Assembly (NCBI GenBank): GCA_035084275.1 | Contig: CM068769.1 | Location: forward strand, 1,364,229 to 1,428,000 | From: Hydrolagus colliei | Lineage: Eukaryota | DNA: 63,772 bases | Reading direction: 5' to 3' | In this document: piece after piece, positions 11,620 through 24,332 of the stretch | How the letters are laid out: the number at the start of each line of letters is the position of its first letter | Numbering within the stretch: the first letter of the stretch is position 1 | The notes under the pieces: model-generated | What the model saw: the letters and a program-made list of their open reading frames with translations, nothing else | Databases searched by the model: none | Told to the model about the DNA's origin: nothing | Program-made: the position numbers and the translations under genes

Positions 11620-12500
11620 CCATAGCGCCTAAACCCCCCCCCCCCACTCTCCCCCCCTCCACTCACCTCCACACACACTTCAATCTCGCAAAGGGTTTCA
11701 AACAATGACACTCTTGCAACAATGAAGATAGTTAAGACTTGCTCTCCGGCCTTAAGTTCGGAACATAAATACAAGTTGTTATATCTGTTCTTGTCATCAA
11801 GGGCGCAATATATCGCAACATATTTTGCTGTGAAGTGACTTAACTGTACATACATTGGGGAGCGTGACAGCCAGATAACACTGTTCAAGTGCGGATGGGT
11901 TCCAGATAATGTTGTGAATGGAACCAACCAGCAGAACACACTATATATTTTGCAGCTGGTTCGGGAGCCATACGCTATGGAAAGTAGTCCATGGGCGCTG
12001 GGCCTCCCACACCCACCCATCCCATGTCTCTCTTCAACGACAATCGCATCCTCCCACTCCCCCACCGCCACATAGCTCTCCTCTCCCCATAGTTCTCGCC
12101 TCCTCACATAGCTACCATACTTCACATAGCCACCCATCCCAAACCACCACTCCTACCCTCCACACACACCTCAAACTCGCAAAGAAGATCAAACAATGAC
12201 TCTCTTGCACCATTGAAGTCTCAAATGTGCTCTCCGGCCGAAAGGACGGAAAATGAATACAAGTTGTTGTAATTGTTCTTGTCATCAAAGGCGCAATGTA
12301 TCACAACAAATACTGCTGTGAAGTACCTTAACTGTGCTTACATTGGGGAGCGTGACAGCCAGATAAAACTGTTCAGGTGCGGATGGGTTCCAGATACAGT
12401 TCTGAATGGAACCAACCACCAGAACACACTGCATATTTTGCAGCTCCATACGCAATGGAAAGTAATCCAAGGGCGCTGGGCCATCAGGGATATTGGAGTC
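11620..12500 (+). mobile_element. Probable Penelope-like GIY-YIG remnant, tandemly duplicated
   Basis: Two similar copies (about 11680-12005 and 12175-12482). Copy 2 translates QCITTNTAVKYLNCAYIGERDSQIK, resembling the TC...C..YIGET motif. Confidence 0.45.
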
Positions 12501-12948
12501 CAGAAATAACTTGGTTGCTCAGGTGCGGTGGAGCGCTGGGGTGGTACGGATGGAATGGTGACACAAACTACGGTCAAAGAGGAGAATTACAACGAGAAAA
12601 TTAAATTTCTCTGGCGAACTGCATACTGGGCCGATGTCACATATTACTGGACAGTTAGTGTTTCGCACCAGAGTTTGGGCTCGGAATAGGGAAGGTTGAA
12701 TGGCAGTGGGAGTTGGAGATTGATTAGAAACACAGCCGATATAGAGTGTCTAGAGATGGGTATTGAGGGAATTGAAAGAGAGAGAGGGCGAGACAAACGG
12801 ACAGCAATATAGAGCTCCAGGTTGTGGGGGCGGAGAATCAGCCGACCTTCAATGATTTATTTAGTTTAATGGAACAATTAATCGAATCTCCGCAAGGCCT
12901 CAAAGCCAAGATTCCGCAAACTTTCCAAAAGATGTAGAAAATGAAGAT

Positions 12949-13300
12949 AGTTTCTGTTAGAGCCCTACAGTGCATTCAACCACTGTGGTGAGACTGAAGG
13001 CACAGTGATGCACTGCGTTGTCAGATACCAGCAGCTCAGAGATTGATTACTTAGTGATAGAACTAGATTCCTGCAGCTGAGCAGCGAAACGGTTTCCAAA
13101 TCCTGTTCGTTTCACTAGATCGCCATCACCCGAATATCTCCGGACTATAAACTCTGGGTGTTTGTCTGGGTAATGTCTGTACCAGAAGCGATAGTATTGC
13201 TTGCAGTAGTGGTGTAGGGACACACAAGATTGGAAGCTTCTCCTTCTTTCATAACCATCGTCGGCCGCTTTCTGACTGAAAGTATCGGCGTCAGAGAGTT
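12949..13300 (-). pseudogene. TCR V pseudogene (paralog of the V at 14754)
   Basis: Acceptor at 13301; frameshift before Cys23; WYRHYPDKHPEF; in-frame TAA in FR3; RSS CACAGTG-23-ACAGAAACT (12949-12987). Confidence 0.9.
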
Positions 13301-13714
13301 CTGGAATAAAACAGGAAAAGCACGGCGAAACACTAGTCACCAAACTCACAGCTCATTTGTAAGCAGTGAAACAATAGTGAGGAATACGTGTTACAGATCT
13401 ATTATTGAAACATACGTAAGGCATTATTACCATTGGAAAAGATATCTGCCTGTCTGGGAAACAAAGGTTAAAATCGAGAAATAACTTTTAGTTTGATTAT
13501 CAAGGCATGGGTTCAACCCAGTGATAAATCTATTGCATTCCTACATTCAAGATCCTGAGTGTAGGATCTTGAACGGTCCTCACATTTAAAGCCCTCCACA
13601 ACCTCGCACAAAACCTACATGTGTTACCTACTATCCCCTTACTAACCTGACCTCCACCTCACTCCGCTCAGCAGGCTCTGGCCTGCTCCACCTACTCCAA
13701 TCAAGGGACTGTTT

Positions 13715-14030
13715 CCCCTGGTAGGAGAATCTATAACCAAGGGTCAAAGTCTTAAAATTAACGGTCAGCCTTTTATAACAGAGTTGAGGGAATATTTCTT
13801 CACTCAGAGGGTTGTGAATTTATGGAAGGCTGTAGATGCTCAGTCCTTGAAAATTTGCAAGGCTTAGACTGACAGATTTTTGAAAAATAGAGTGATTGGG
13901 GTATATGGAGATAGTGCAGGTAATCAGAGTTAGGTGAGAAGATCAGCCATTATCTTATTGAATGGCGGAGTAGGCTCGAGGGGCTGAATGGCATTCACCT
14001 GCTCCTAATACCTATGTACTTATGATCTAA
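13715..14030 (+). mobile_element. CR1 LINE 3' fragment
   Basis: Decayed RT C-terminus (FFTQRVVNLW...) and CR1 3' UTR. Confidence 0.75.
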
Positions 14031-14310
14031 TCTATCCGCACTACCGTTGACGGGCGAAACTTCATCTACTCTGCCCACCACATCTGGAACTCCATCCTAG
14101 ACTCCAATACCTCGTCCCTTCCCTGGTCACATTGAAGTCCCGCCTCAAGTCTATTCCTCTTAGACACCAAATGATAAGCATCCCCTTCCAGCCTACCCCC
14201 CAGTCCTCAGCACAGGTTTGAAACTGTAACTGTCCAGCGACTAGGGACGCCCTGCTGACGGGAATGGAGCTATATAAATACAATTTTGTTATGGTTGCTG
14301 TTGTTTGTTG
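14030..14310 (+). mobile_element. L2-like 3' fragment
   Basis: gcgactagggacgccc...gagctatataaatac end with (gtt)n tail. Confidence 0.55.
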
Positions 14311-14753
14311 CACAGTTTCTATAATGCGGGATAGATGGCTGTTTCATTTTGGAAGACGGTTGAGCTAGAGGTGAAGCTTTGGAGGGGACTGCAGCACACT
14401 ACTGCAATTCTTGCTTGTTACAATATTGGCTATTTGTCTAACGAAATAATAAATGGAAAGAAACATTGCATTTCCAAACTGACTTGAGTGAATTGCATCT
14501 GGACTTGTAGCGCTCAACTCGTTCATGAATAGCTGTCTGCATTGATTGCAACGTATAATGACGTGAGAGATTAGCTGACAAGCTGATGAGAGGGGAATTT
14601 GGTTTCCTCTTCGTCTGGCTGCTGAAGTCTCTGCTTCCCGCATGGCCTCAAGGCCTGAACCATATTCCGCATACTTTTCAAACAGACGGATCGTTCCCAT
14701 GTTTTAAAAAAGACAGTTTTTGTACGAGCCCTGCAGTGTTGTCAACCACAGTG

Positions 14754-15066
14754 GAGAGACTAAAGGGACAGTAATATACTGCGCTGTCAGATACCAGCAG
14801 CTCAGAGATGGATAACCTGGTGGAAAAACTAAATGTCTGTAGATGAGCAGAAAAGCGGTTTCCAAATCCTGTTCCTTTGTCTTGATTGTTATCCAGAGAA
14901 TTTCTCCGGATTATAAATTCTGGGTGTTTGTCTGGGTAATGTCTGTACCAGAAGAGATAGTAGTAGCTGGCACTAGTGGAGTATGTGCAAACCGAATCGA
15001 CAGTATCTCCTTCTTCCTTCACCACCGTGTCAGCAATCTGACTGACAGAATCGGCGTCACAGAGTT
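14754..15066 (-). CDS. TCR alpha/delta V exon, apparently functional
   Basis: ELCDADSVSQIADTVVKEEGDTVDSVCTYSTSASYYYLFWYRHYPDKHPEF...SDSAVYYCPFSL is open, with Cys23, Trp41 and Cys104. RSS CACTGTG-23-ACAAAAACT at 14715-14753. Confidence 0.88.
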
Positions 15067-15102
15067 CTGTAATAAACGAGGGAAAGCATGGCTAAACATT
15101 CA

Positions 15103-15385
15103 TAAAATCATAGAGTCTTATGGCAAAAAGGGAGGCCAGGTGGCCCATCGAGTCTGTGCCGGCTCTTTGAAAAGAGGAACTCATTCCCACTCCCCAGCTG
15201 TCTCTCTCCACATAACCACGCAAACCTGTGCTCCCTAAATATACATCTAAATGTCTTCTAAAATTTCTTATCGAATCACACTCCACCAACTTTTCAGGCA
15301 ATGCATTGCAGATTCGAACAAGTCGCTGAGACAAAAATAATACTCCCCACCTCACCTTTGTTTCTTTTAGAAACGGTCTCAATTA
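15103..15385 (-). mobile_element. CR1 3' fragment in the V leader intron
   Basis: SQRLVRICNALPEKLVECDS...GYVER and 3' UTR match the CR1 at 40509. Confidence 0.8.
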
Positions 15386-16030
15386 AATCATCTCAATTGC
15401 GGACTGATTGCTCCATACACTGAGATTGGCCTTGAATGAAGAAAAGGAGGAAGCAAGGCGAAGGGATTGCGTGATGGAGTTACACGCATGGGGGACAGAG
15501 AGGCTGAAATCCCGACACTGATGTTAGGGCGGATCTGGCGTGGGACACGGAGCAGGCCAGAGCCAGCTGAACTGAAGCAGAAAGCAGTTCGGATTGTTAG
15601 CCGTGGGCGAGTTCTTGAATGCCCTTGAAATTGAGGACGAGGTTTTTGAATTGGAAAACAATAGTATTCAGTCGTTGCCTGAATTTATATTCCCGAGATT
15701 TGTCGCGCCCTCAGGACAGCAAATCCCTCACGGATATCTCATTTGTCATTAGCAAACAAATAATAATCAATAATGTTTTACTTGGCACCTGATGACATGG
15801 TTGAAAGCGTGTAAATGCGCTGCATAGAATGAGCTGCCAAATTCATGTCTATATATAGAGGACAGAACATTGTATGTAGTTATCCTGTCCCGCCCGAAAA
15901 TCTAACGTGTGTCCTATCACTTGTGAAGTTAATCCTATTTACACTCAGCTACAGGTCTCCCTCCAACAATTGTTGCTAAAATGCAGCTGACAATCCGCAG
16001 CGACCCAGAATTAGCTCAACACGATCTCAC

Positions 16031-16076
16031 CTGCCGTAAAGGTTCCCCGCACTAGACAGACAGCAAACAACCTCAT
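16031..16076 (-). CDS. Leader exon of the V at 14754
   Basis: MRLFAVCLVRGTFTA with G|GTGAGA phase-1 donor, in frame. TGACGC and TGACGTG motifs upstream at 16141-16171. The Arg in the hydrophobic core is atypical. Confidence 0.7.
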
Positions 16077-16898
16077 TGCTGCTCCTCAGCCTTCGCTGTT
16101 GTGTCTGCGACATCCGTTTGCTGGAAACCAACAGCAATAAGCGTCACTGCAGATCCCACAGTCGCACGTCACATCATTGCTATATCAATTGCTTTTACAT
16201 TGTGCGATACACCATTACTGTCTGTGTTAGTGTGGCGGCAGTGGATGGGGTGTAGGGCAGGTGTGACGTGGGGTGCAGGGAATCCTCCCCCTCAGCTCCT
16301 GGTAACCTTACAATCAAACCTTCCAAATATATAATCAATTCACTTAACACTATATGTTCCGTGAATCGCATTGAGACGTCGATAAATTGTGAGAAACGCC
16401 AGCTTTCCTTTATAATCAAATGCAAGTATTACTCATATTATTTTAATCCAATAAATGATGGTCATGAACATCGGATTAGTTTACGTACACAAAATTGTTA
16501 AAGCGTTTTTAATTTCACTCAAAGTAATGTTTTGTATTAATTCAAACACTTCCGCTATTTTGCAGCTCAATGGCGGTTAGCACTTTTATTTAGATTTCTA
16601 ACAGTTGTAAAATTACATTTTTTATCCGTTTGAATTCCTCCATGTATCTCCAGTGTTGATTCGTGAATTAATTCTTTCCTGAAAGATCTTTGTTATATTA
16701 ATAATAATTTCCTTTGTTATAGTGTGTTTAAATAATTCCCTACATGATGCCATGTGACTTGCTGTGGCCCCTGTTTTATTGCATGTGGTTGGGAATTGAT
16801 CACGTGATTCCTCTGAGAGACACAGCAGTAAAGTCAAAGAGGTCAACTGACCGGAAAGACATATGTGCTGTGATTAAACCCATTAACTCCTCTTTGTA

Positions 16899-17386
16899 GG
16901 TTTATGTACGGTGGTGTAGCCTGACAGTAACAATGTGTGAGTGATGCCACAATAGTATGTGGCTGCATCAGATAGAGCCACAGCCAGCACAGTTACAGCG
17001 GATGTCTTGCTGCTCGTGTCCAAACTAGTGGTGAAACGACCTTCAACAAATTCAGCTCTGAAATAGTCCCCATCATGATCATGTCTCAGTGTGTACAGAG
17101 GAGGCTGGCCTGGATACTGACGGTACCAGTACATGTAGACATTCGTGTAACGAGCAGAGTAGGTCCTACTCAAGGTCACAGTCTGGCCTTCAGTGACAGA
17201 AACTTCCATCTGCTTTGGTTTAAGTTTATCTCCATTCGCTGTCGCTGTAGCCAGAGAGAACACGTTATTCACTGTAACGCACACATCAGAGATAAATCTC
17301 CAAGTGGTCTTCAGAACGAGAGTAAATTGCTTACATAATAGGACCAATAACATTAAAATGTTCACAGCTGTGTGTTTACTCTCCAT
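16899..17386 (-). pseudogene. TCR V segment with open frame but Cys23 to Arg
   Basis: Leader 17335-17386 (MESKHTAVNILMLLVLL, T|GTAAGC). V exon 16938-17244 reads TLSRTY (CGT), WYRQYPGQPP, DAATYYCGIT. RSS CACATTG-23-ACATAAACC. Confidence 0.85.
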
Positions 17387-19539
17387 GTTTCCAAGCGAGT
17401 AAGGCATTCGATAGGAGGTTTTTGAGAAGAGAGATTGTGTCCTGAATTGTGACTAAAAGCAGAGTGAGGAGCAGCGTGGACCACAGCACTGATGGATGCG
17501 CCTCTGTGTCAGATTACTATAGTTTCAAACCCCACCACCGTATTTGTGAAACCTAACTGGTCAGATGACGCTCCAACGCCTTGAGACGTGGAAATAACAA
17601 TGGATATTTCTTCTTGTTGTTCTGATGCAATGCTGCGAGTTTACATTTATAATTTAAGTATATTTTTTCTACTTCATCCTTCAACCTTCCTCGACCCGTA
17701 CCCACATGTTCTTGTCTCTATCCAAATTTGCATCGCATTGGGACGTCCTCTCGACGTGAGAGGCGCTACATAAATGTAAGTTTCAATTGTTTGATTTACT
17801 AACTTGTGAAGTCCTATGGATCAGTTGTTAAAATAATCATATCACAAGCGCGACCCAAGGTAGTGAAATTAATTTATTTGATGTACACATTGTGGTAATA
17901 ATAAATATAATCCTTGCGTTTGACATACCTTTTTTCACATCTTGACGACGCACAAAAACGCTTCACACAATATACGGTTAATTGAATTGATTGTATGCTT
18001 GTGAGCGAAACGCGGCAGCCAATTGCGCACAACAGTGTCCCACACAAACAGTCGAGGATTGAAATGTATACTGTTATTATTGCATTATCTTTGGTGGGAT
18101 TACTATTAGCCGTCTGGATTAAATAGACTTGACCAATGTTTCGCCCTCACCTACCTGGATTCAACCAATCAATGAATCAATGAAAATTAAATCCTACAGC
18201 CCCTTTCACGTCAAGAGTACATCTCAAGGCGCTGTGCAGTAAGGTAGGGACAAGAGTATGGGGAGAGGACTCGGAGCAGGATGAAGAAGAGTGGGAAATT
18301 TGACTGTATTTTTGTGGGCGAAACGCATCAACCAAATTCCGCAAAGCAGTGTCCGATCAACAGTAATAGAATTCGTACTGAGCGAAAAGTGGAGGAAATA
18401 TGGCAAGACGATGTGTCGGGGCAGGGGTTTAGGGGGAAAGAGAGTAGGAAAGCCGCCTGCATACTTCTGGGCGATAAGCGGCAACAAATTGCGCACAGGA
18501 GTGTCCCACAAACATTCGCTGAAATGGGGCGAGGGTGGGAAAGGGGATGAAGAGGGAAAGGGGAGAGAGAATGAGAACTGGGCTGGGGAAAGGTCAGGTT
18601 GGAAGAGGGGGGACAGTAGAGCGTAACAGAGAGAGGGAGGGAATGGTGGATGGAGGGCAAGATCACGGAGAAAGGGGTGTCAGAGTGAACAGAGAGGGAA
18701 GCGCAAAAGAAGGGACAAGAGATCTCTCACACTTGCAATGCGAGTGCTACAAACATTGAGTTCGATCATGGTGTTTGTGAGTGAAAGGCAATGAAATACA
18801 TCAAGTGACATAGAAATAAAATTTTGATCAACATGGAATAGTTCCAAATGCACGATCATCACGAGGCAAATTATGTATTGTAAGAATAAAATAAGTAAAT
18901 TATTTTGATTGTATATTTCTATATCAATAGTACAGCTTGTGTTCTCTCTTTGTATCGCCTATAGGCAATGCGTGATTAGTGTGCACTTTAATTCAATGCG
19001 TTAATTGAACCAGTTATAGCTGGGCAACATGAATTCGGTTATTCAGCAATGCTTGCCTCGTTCGCAGAATGTTCTCAAAATAATGTTTTGGACAAATGAT
19101 GGAGCAGTGAACCTCAATGTATTTCCGAGTCACATTCATGTTACACCATTAGTTACAGTCAGTCATGTAGCAATGCATTTATTTTGTCATTGGGAATAAA
19201 ACTCGGCCCTAAGCTTTTCAAACTTTCGATTACTACCATCTCCATCTCCGTCTCCCCCTGCTCCCATTAGCTCTCTTCACATTTCCCGAAAATGTCTTTC
19301 TGTAGGATAGTTCCTTTTGTTACCAGACAATTGTGGAACAAGCTCTGTCACTGCTGTTCACTGTAGCACACTGTCCTTCAGGAAATGGGCTTAACGGGAA
19401 CAGGAAATGTCCATTGAACACCCCAGCAGACAGTTGGGAGATTCTCTTACATTCTGCGGACAGTTCAAAACTCCTCGTCCCTATTTACCCCATCGTCGAT
19501 CGACTCCATTGTCTCCCCATCATCCAGAGGATATAATTG

Positions 19540-19960
19540 AATACCCTGGTACTCACAATTAAAACGCTCTACAACCTCGCCCCACCCTACATCAGTGAAC
19601 TTATAACTTGTTACCAACATGCCTGCCCCCTCCCGATCAGCAGGCTCACGCCTGATCCACGTGTCCCGATCCAACTGCCCAACCCGTGGCGAAAGGGCAA
19701 GGCTTCAGTCACACAGCCGCGAGCCTCCATTCCGCAGTCCATCTGCTTCGCTCCCTTCCTGTCTTCCTTCAAGTCTCAACACAACGGTTTCCTCTTCAAT
19801 GGAAGACCATCGCAAAACTACGACTCCCACACTCCCCCACCCCTCATCCCACGCCCCCCTTCCCCACTCCAGGTTCCCAGCTCGGTATGACTATCCAGCG
19901 TATCGGGAGGACCTCGTTACGTGAAAGACGCAATACAAATATAATTTTGTTGTTGTTACA
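19540..19960 (+). mobile_element. L2-like 3' fragment
   Basis: TLVLTIKTLYNLAPPYISEL motif and gaggacctc...gtgaaagacgc tail. Confidence 0.65.
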
Positions 19961-21016
19961 CCGGGACTGAACTTCACTTCTACTTGAATTACGTTTCCTT
20001 GCATACATCGATGCCGCTCAGTTCTGTAAATCAAATCGATGCAGTATCCACATCATTTTGGGAAGAGAGCTCCAAATTTCAAATACCTTTTGCTTCAAGT
20101 AAACGACTCCCGATTTATCTACAAAAAGATCGATGTCATACCTTTAGTTATAAAATGAACCCCACTTCAGCGACTCTGCCCACAAACGCTGGAATTCCAT
20201 TCCAATGTTGCCTTGAATCGCCGCATCAAGAGCATCCTTCAAGACTTGACTCAAGACTCTCCACTTCGACGGAACCATCGGCAACTCCGTATCCCCCTTC
20301 CACTCCCCACCCCTGTCATCAGCTCGGGTCGGAAGCAGTAACAGTCCAGCGCTTTAGGACGTTCTCCTGGTGTGAAAGGCCTTATATAAATGCAATATTT
20401 TTGGTGTTGTTCTGTATTCCCTCCACTCACTGCTGGAAAGTTTCTCTGACACTGTAGGACTTGATTTATATTTAAACAACATAAACGTAGCTTACTGATT
20501 TTTAAGTTTTCCTACTTATTGATTTACCACAGAAAAGCACGTACACGTGTTAGCTCTCCTCATATACGAAATAGTTAGTAAGTATTCCGTGGCAATAACA
20601 TGATCGCATAAAGCAATATTTTTGGTGGTATTCTTGCAATTGATCAAATAATCAAGAAAGCTGAAAGTACTGAATGGAATGTATCGTAAATCAATTCACT
20701 ATTTATTGAGTGAAAAAAAGGTAGCCAATTCAGCTCACCAGTTTTCCATTGGTTTGAATGACCAGTTGGTTGTAGATTAGTCGTATTCTCAAACAGTTAT
20801 TATTATTTTAGTAAGCGATAATGATCGCTAACAACTAGTACACCAATCGACATCCAAGCGGGTCCCTAGTTACCGCGAGGCAGACAGAGGCGTGCGGGTA
20901 AAATAAAGGAGGTTTTTGTTGAGTACAGAATGTTTTGCTCTGCAATGAATGGAACCCAGGTGCTCTCGCTTGCAAAGTGAATGCTCTAACCACTGAGCTG
21001 CAGGCCTCAGCATGTG

Positions 21017-21757
21017 GGTTTTTGTACGGCAGGAACACTGAACTGTGCCTCCGTGGGGCTCAGCGCACAGTAATACACAACAGAGTCTGTCATTGTCACT
21101 TGGGATATATTCAATGGCACGGTTCTTCGCGTTTTATCCAAATTCGTTGAGAAATGTTTTCGTGCAAATTCTGCATGATTCCCCTTGTTGTTCCTTGTGT
21201 ATACGTAAAGGATATAATCTGGAGCTTTGTTGGTATAGTGACGGTACCAGAATATATATGGATCGCCGCCGCTTGTGGCTGTATAATTACACAGCAGATA
21301 GGCATATTTTCCTACATTCACTGGCACAGTAGATTGGAGCTGAGTCACAGAGTCTCCCCACTAAGCCCTGGAAACCAGAAACACATCATCATTCAATACA
21401 ACAGCAACAATTCCAATCGTCCTCTTGAGTTTCATACGGCACCTCATTAAATCGATGGTACGTCTCCAAACAATTCACAGAATAAAATTAGCGAATGTAG
21501 GTTGTGTAATGTTTCACCCTGTCCTGTCAGGGAATCCTCTCGGATTTTGAGATACAGCATGATCCTCTCGGCTGTGAAGCCAGTGTTACAAACTCTGAAA
21601 TAATGGACACTCCAACTCGTCAATCTCTTTCTGTATTATTATGCACTTTTTTCGATAAAACATTGGCGTTGGATAATACTTTCGGATAAAAACTACAAAT
21701 AGAATGCTTACCTAACAAGGCAGCGATGGCTACTGCGAGATGGATATACATTTTCAT
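21017..21757 (-). pseudogene. TCR V family A segment, 1-nt frameshift at the exon start
   Basis: Leader 21712-21757 (MKMYIHLAVAIAALL, G|GTAAGC). V exon 21056-21367 is otherwise intact (LLCNY...IFWYRH...DSVVYYCALSP), but GGGGAGAC replaces paralogous GGAGGAGAC, giving TGA in the spliced frame. RSS CACGGAG-23-ACAAAAACC. Confidence 0.85.
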
Positions 21758-21779
21758 TTGTATTTAATGACACTTTTTG

Positions 21780-22030
21780 TAGAGAGAACGTTGATAGTGT
21801 ATTTGGAGATTGTTCTCTGGGAGGCAGTAAGATACCGTGAGGAGGGCTGAAAAGTGAATGATATACAGAAGTTGCCATGTGAGAGAGCAGTTCTGAGGAT
21901 TATGTACAACAACGTTTGTCTATGTAATTCAGCGGCATTTGCTCTGCTTTGCACTCTCGCTCCTCCATTGGTTCTACTCCAAATCTGTCATGTCTTTGAT
22001 CTGTCTTACACATTCAGCAACTTACACCAA
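21780..22030 (-). promoter_or_regulatory. Family A V upstream promoter-like module, copy 1
   Basis: Homologous to 34830-35090 and 40040-40240. All copies carry CCAATGG; the other two also carry TGACGC. Each lies just upstream of a family A leader. Confidence 0.55.
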
Positions 22031-23074
22031 TTATTCTATTACAATTCGTTCAAACACATACATGATATTCACGCAAATGTACTATCTGCGGACTGCTAAA
22101 GCTTAGTGGTATAAACACTCACCCCACAAGGCTGTGTGAGAATCTTGGAGGGCGAAATCTTGGATAACCTTCCTTACTCTAACCCGCTCAATTCTGTTTG
22201 CCAAGCTATCAGTAGCAGTTCGATTATTTCTCGGTTGATCTGGTTGTGTTTCAGTGTTAATAATCATTCATAAAATAAGCGATTGAATCCACCACTGTTT
22301 GTGTGACATTGCTTTTCTCCATTGGAAGCATGGTTTCGACTGCAAATTGCCGAGTCACAATATTTTACAATGTAGTATGAAGCGATTAGTGAGGTCTCAA
22401 GTTGGACAATGTTTTCAGTGGAATCCACTGAGTAGGTACACATGGCTAGATAGTGAACTAATCTTGATGGATTCACATTCCCTGGGGCAGCTTGCAATTT
22501 GTTAAAGAGGTGATACAAACCTTTGGGTGGGAGTTGGGTGGTGGGTGGAAGGGGGATTCAAAGCCAACGGGTATGAGCCATGTGGGGTCAGTAGTTTCTC
22601 AGATATCGTTGCGTTAGTTTAAATTACCCTTCCTGCCCCGTTTCAGCTCCAAGCTTCTGGGTTTGTGCAATAAACACAAATTTTTCTAGAATAACTCGTG
22701 TGTGCATGATACGTGCTGCGCATTTTATTTCGCTGACTTCAGCTTCATGTATTCATATAACCATTTGCAAACAGTGGGTCCGAAGCTTTGGGTAAGCCAT
22801 GCAGATGCTTGTGAGTATCCAGATCAAACTGTGTACTGTATTTGTGATTGTATTTGCTAAAGAAGCTTATTATGGAAGAGTCACTAAGCGTTCGATTTGA
22901 TGTAACGTAAAGTCTACCGATGGTTTATTGTGCACCGGAGAATTCCACACTACATCGTCTTGCAAACATTAATGGATGGAAGGCCATCCAACAATCGATT
23001 ATCAACCAGAATCCAGCTTACTTCTCGGCAGAGAAACCCCAATACTGGTAGTCATTGCTTTTGATATAGTGCGT

Positions 23075-23485
23075 TTGACATCATGTTAACGTCCCAATGC
23101 GCTTCTCAGTGTATATCGTGAAGTGAAACGGAACTAAAATTTGCTGGGAAAACGCAGTAGGTCAGTCGCATCAATGGAAATAGCGAAATGAGTCGCCCTT
23201 TCGGGTCCACGACCCTTCGGCTGAATGTTGCTGGGGTTTTTTTAATTTGTATACAGTAAAGCGAATTGACTGTAGATTTGTGTGCGAAACCCGGCAGCTG
23301 ATTGCGCACAGACGTGTCCGACGAAGCATCCTGTGTTGAAAATGACCAATAGTTATTATTGTGGTTTATTTTTCGGCCGGATTATTATTGGGCAATTCAG
23401 ATAAGGAAGCTTGCCCAATGTTTCACCCTGATCATCCTGGTCTCACGCTTGTAAGATGACTGCTCTAACAACAGGGCTAAATGAG
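23075..23485 (-). mobile_element. tRNA-derived SINE
   Basis: Head, body and tail shared with other copies. Confidence 0.6.
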
Positions 23486-23841
23486 TATTTGGAACTAATC
23501 GCGTCTTCTAGATGCTACTAAATCTCTACTGGTTGTACAGTGATGTTGAATGACTGTGTATGTTTCCCGCTAAATGTGGCAGTCACACGTGCACAGCAGT
23601 GTACCACAAACAGTCATCGACTGCAACGGAGCATTTTTATTAATGAATAATTATCCCAACGAAAGCGATCCGCCAATCGACGAAAAACTGTATTCCTACA
23701 TAATGCTATGTAAATATGTGTGTGTGTGTGTGTGTGTGTATGTGTGGAATAAGGCAGCACGTCTATTATGTCGCCATCAAACTCAGGTCAGCTCGTTTAC
23801 GAGGCGTGTGATCTGAACGTTGAGCTACAGTAACCTCAGCA

Positions 23842-24332
23842 TGTTTTTGTACAGGCTCCTCTTAGACACGCAGCACTGTGCTCTCTGCTGCACAGAAGTA
23901 AGTGGCGATGTCTGTCACCCTCACGTCTCTGATTGTCAGTGTGCTGTTCTTCTCTTTTCCATTAGCCAAAGCACTTATCCTCTCCTCCGCCTTTACCTCG
24001 CTTTTTCCCAACACCAATAAACCTATGGAGCCGTTTCCATACTGTTTGTACCATTGGAAGGCTGGGCTGAGCAACGCCGTGTTGCAATCCATGGAGACAT
24101 TTCCATTTTCATTCCATGTAATGACCTTCTCTGTGACACTTCTCGTTCAGCCAAGACAACTGGGGAATAGAATGAACATTTTTGCAAAGAAATACGGAAA
24201 ATGTCTGCCACAAAACCTGTCGTTATTTAGCTTTAAAATAAGTATGTTTTCGTCCAAACTCACACTCTACTTACAGAAGAGCGAACTAATGGAATTAAAA
24301 ATAATACATTTTGCTTGGTAAATTGGCTTCAT
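23842..24332 (-). pseudogene. TCR V family B pseudogene
   Basis: Leader 24275-24332 (MKPIYQAKCIIFNSISSLF, T|GTAAGT). V exon 23881-24159 is 4 nt shorter in FR1 than the paralog at 51267 (frameshift). QWYKQ...TYFCAAE; RSS CACAGTG-23-ACAAAAACA. Confidence 0.88.

Noticed and set aside
20946-21005. tRNA-like cloverleaf heads here and at many other sites
   Set aside because: Degenerate, with no intact acceptor stem, and usually followed by the shared SINE body and L2-like tail; these are SINE heads, not tRNA genes.
22264-22518. Weakly V-like translation (SVDSTENIVQLE...CDSAIC)
   Set aside because: No Cys/Trp landmarks in register, no RSS and no acceptor; cannot be supported.
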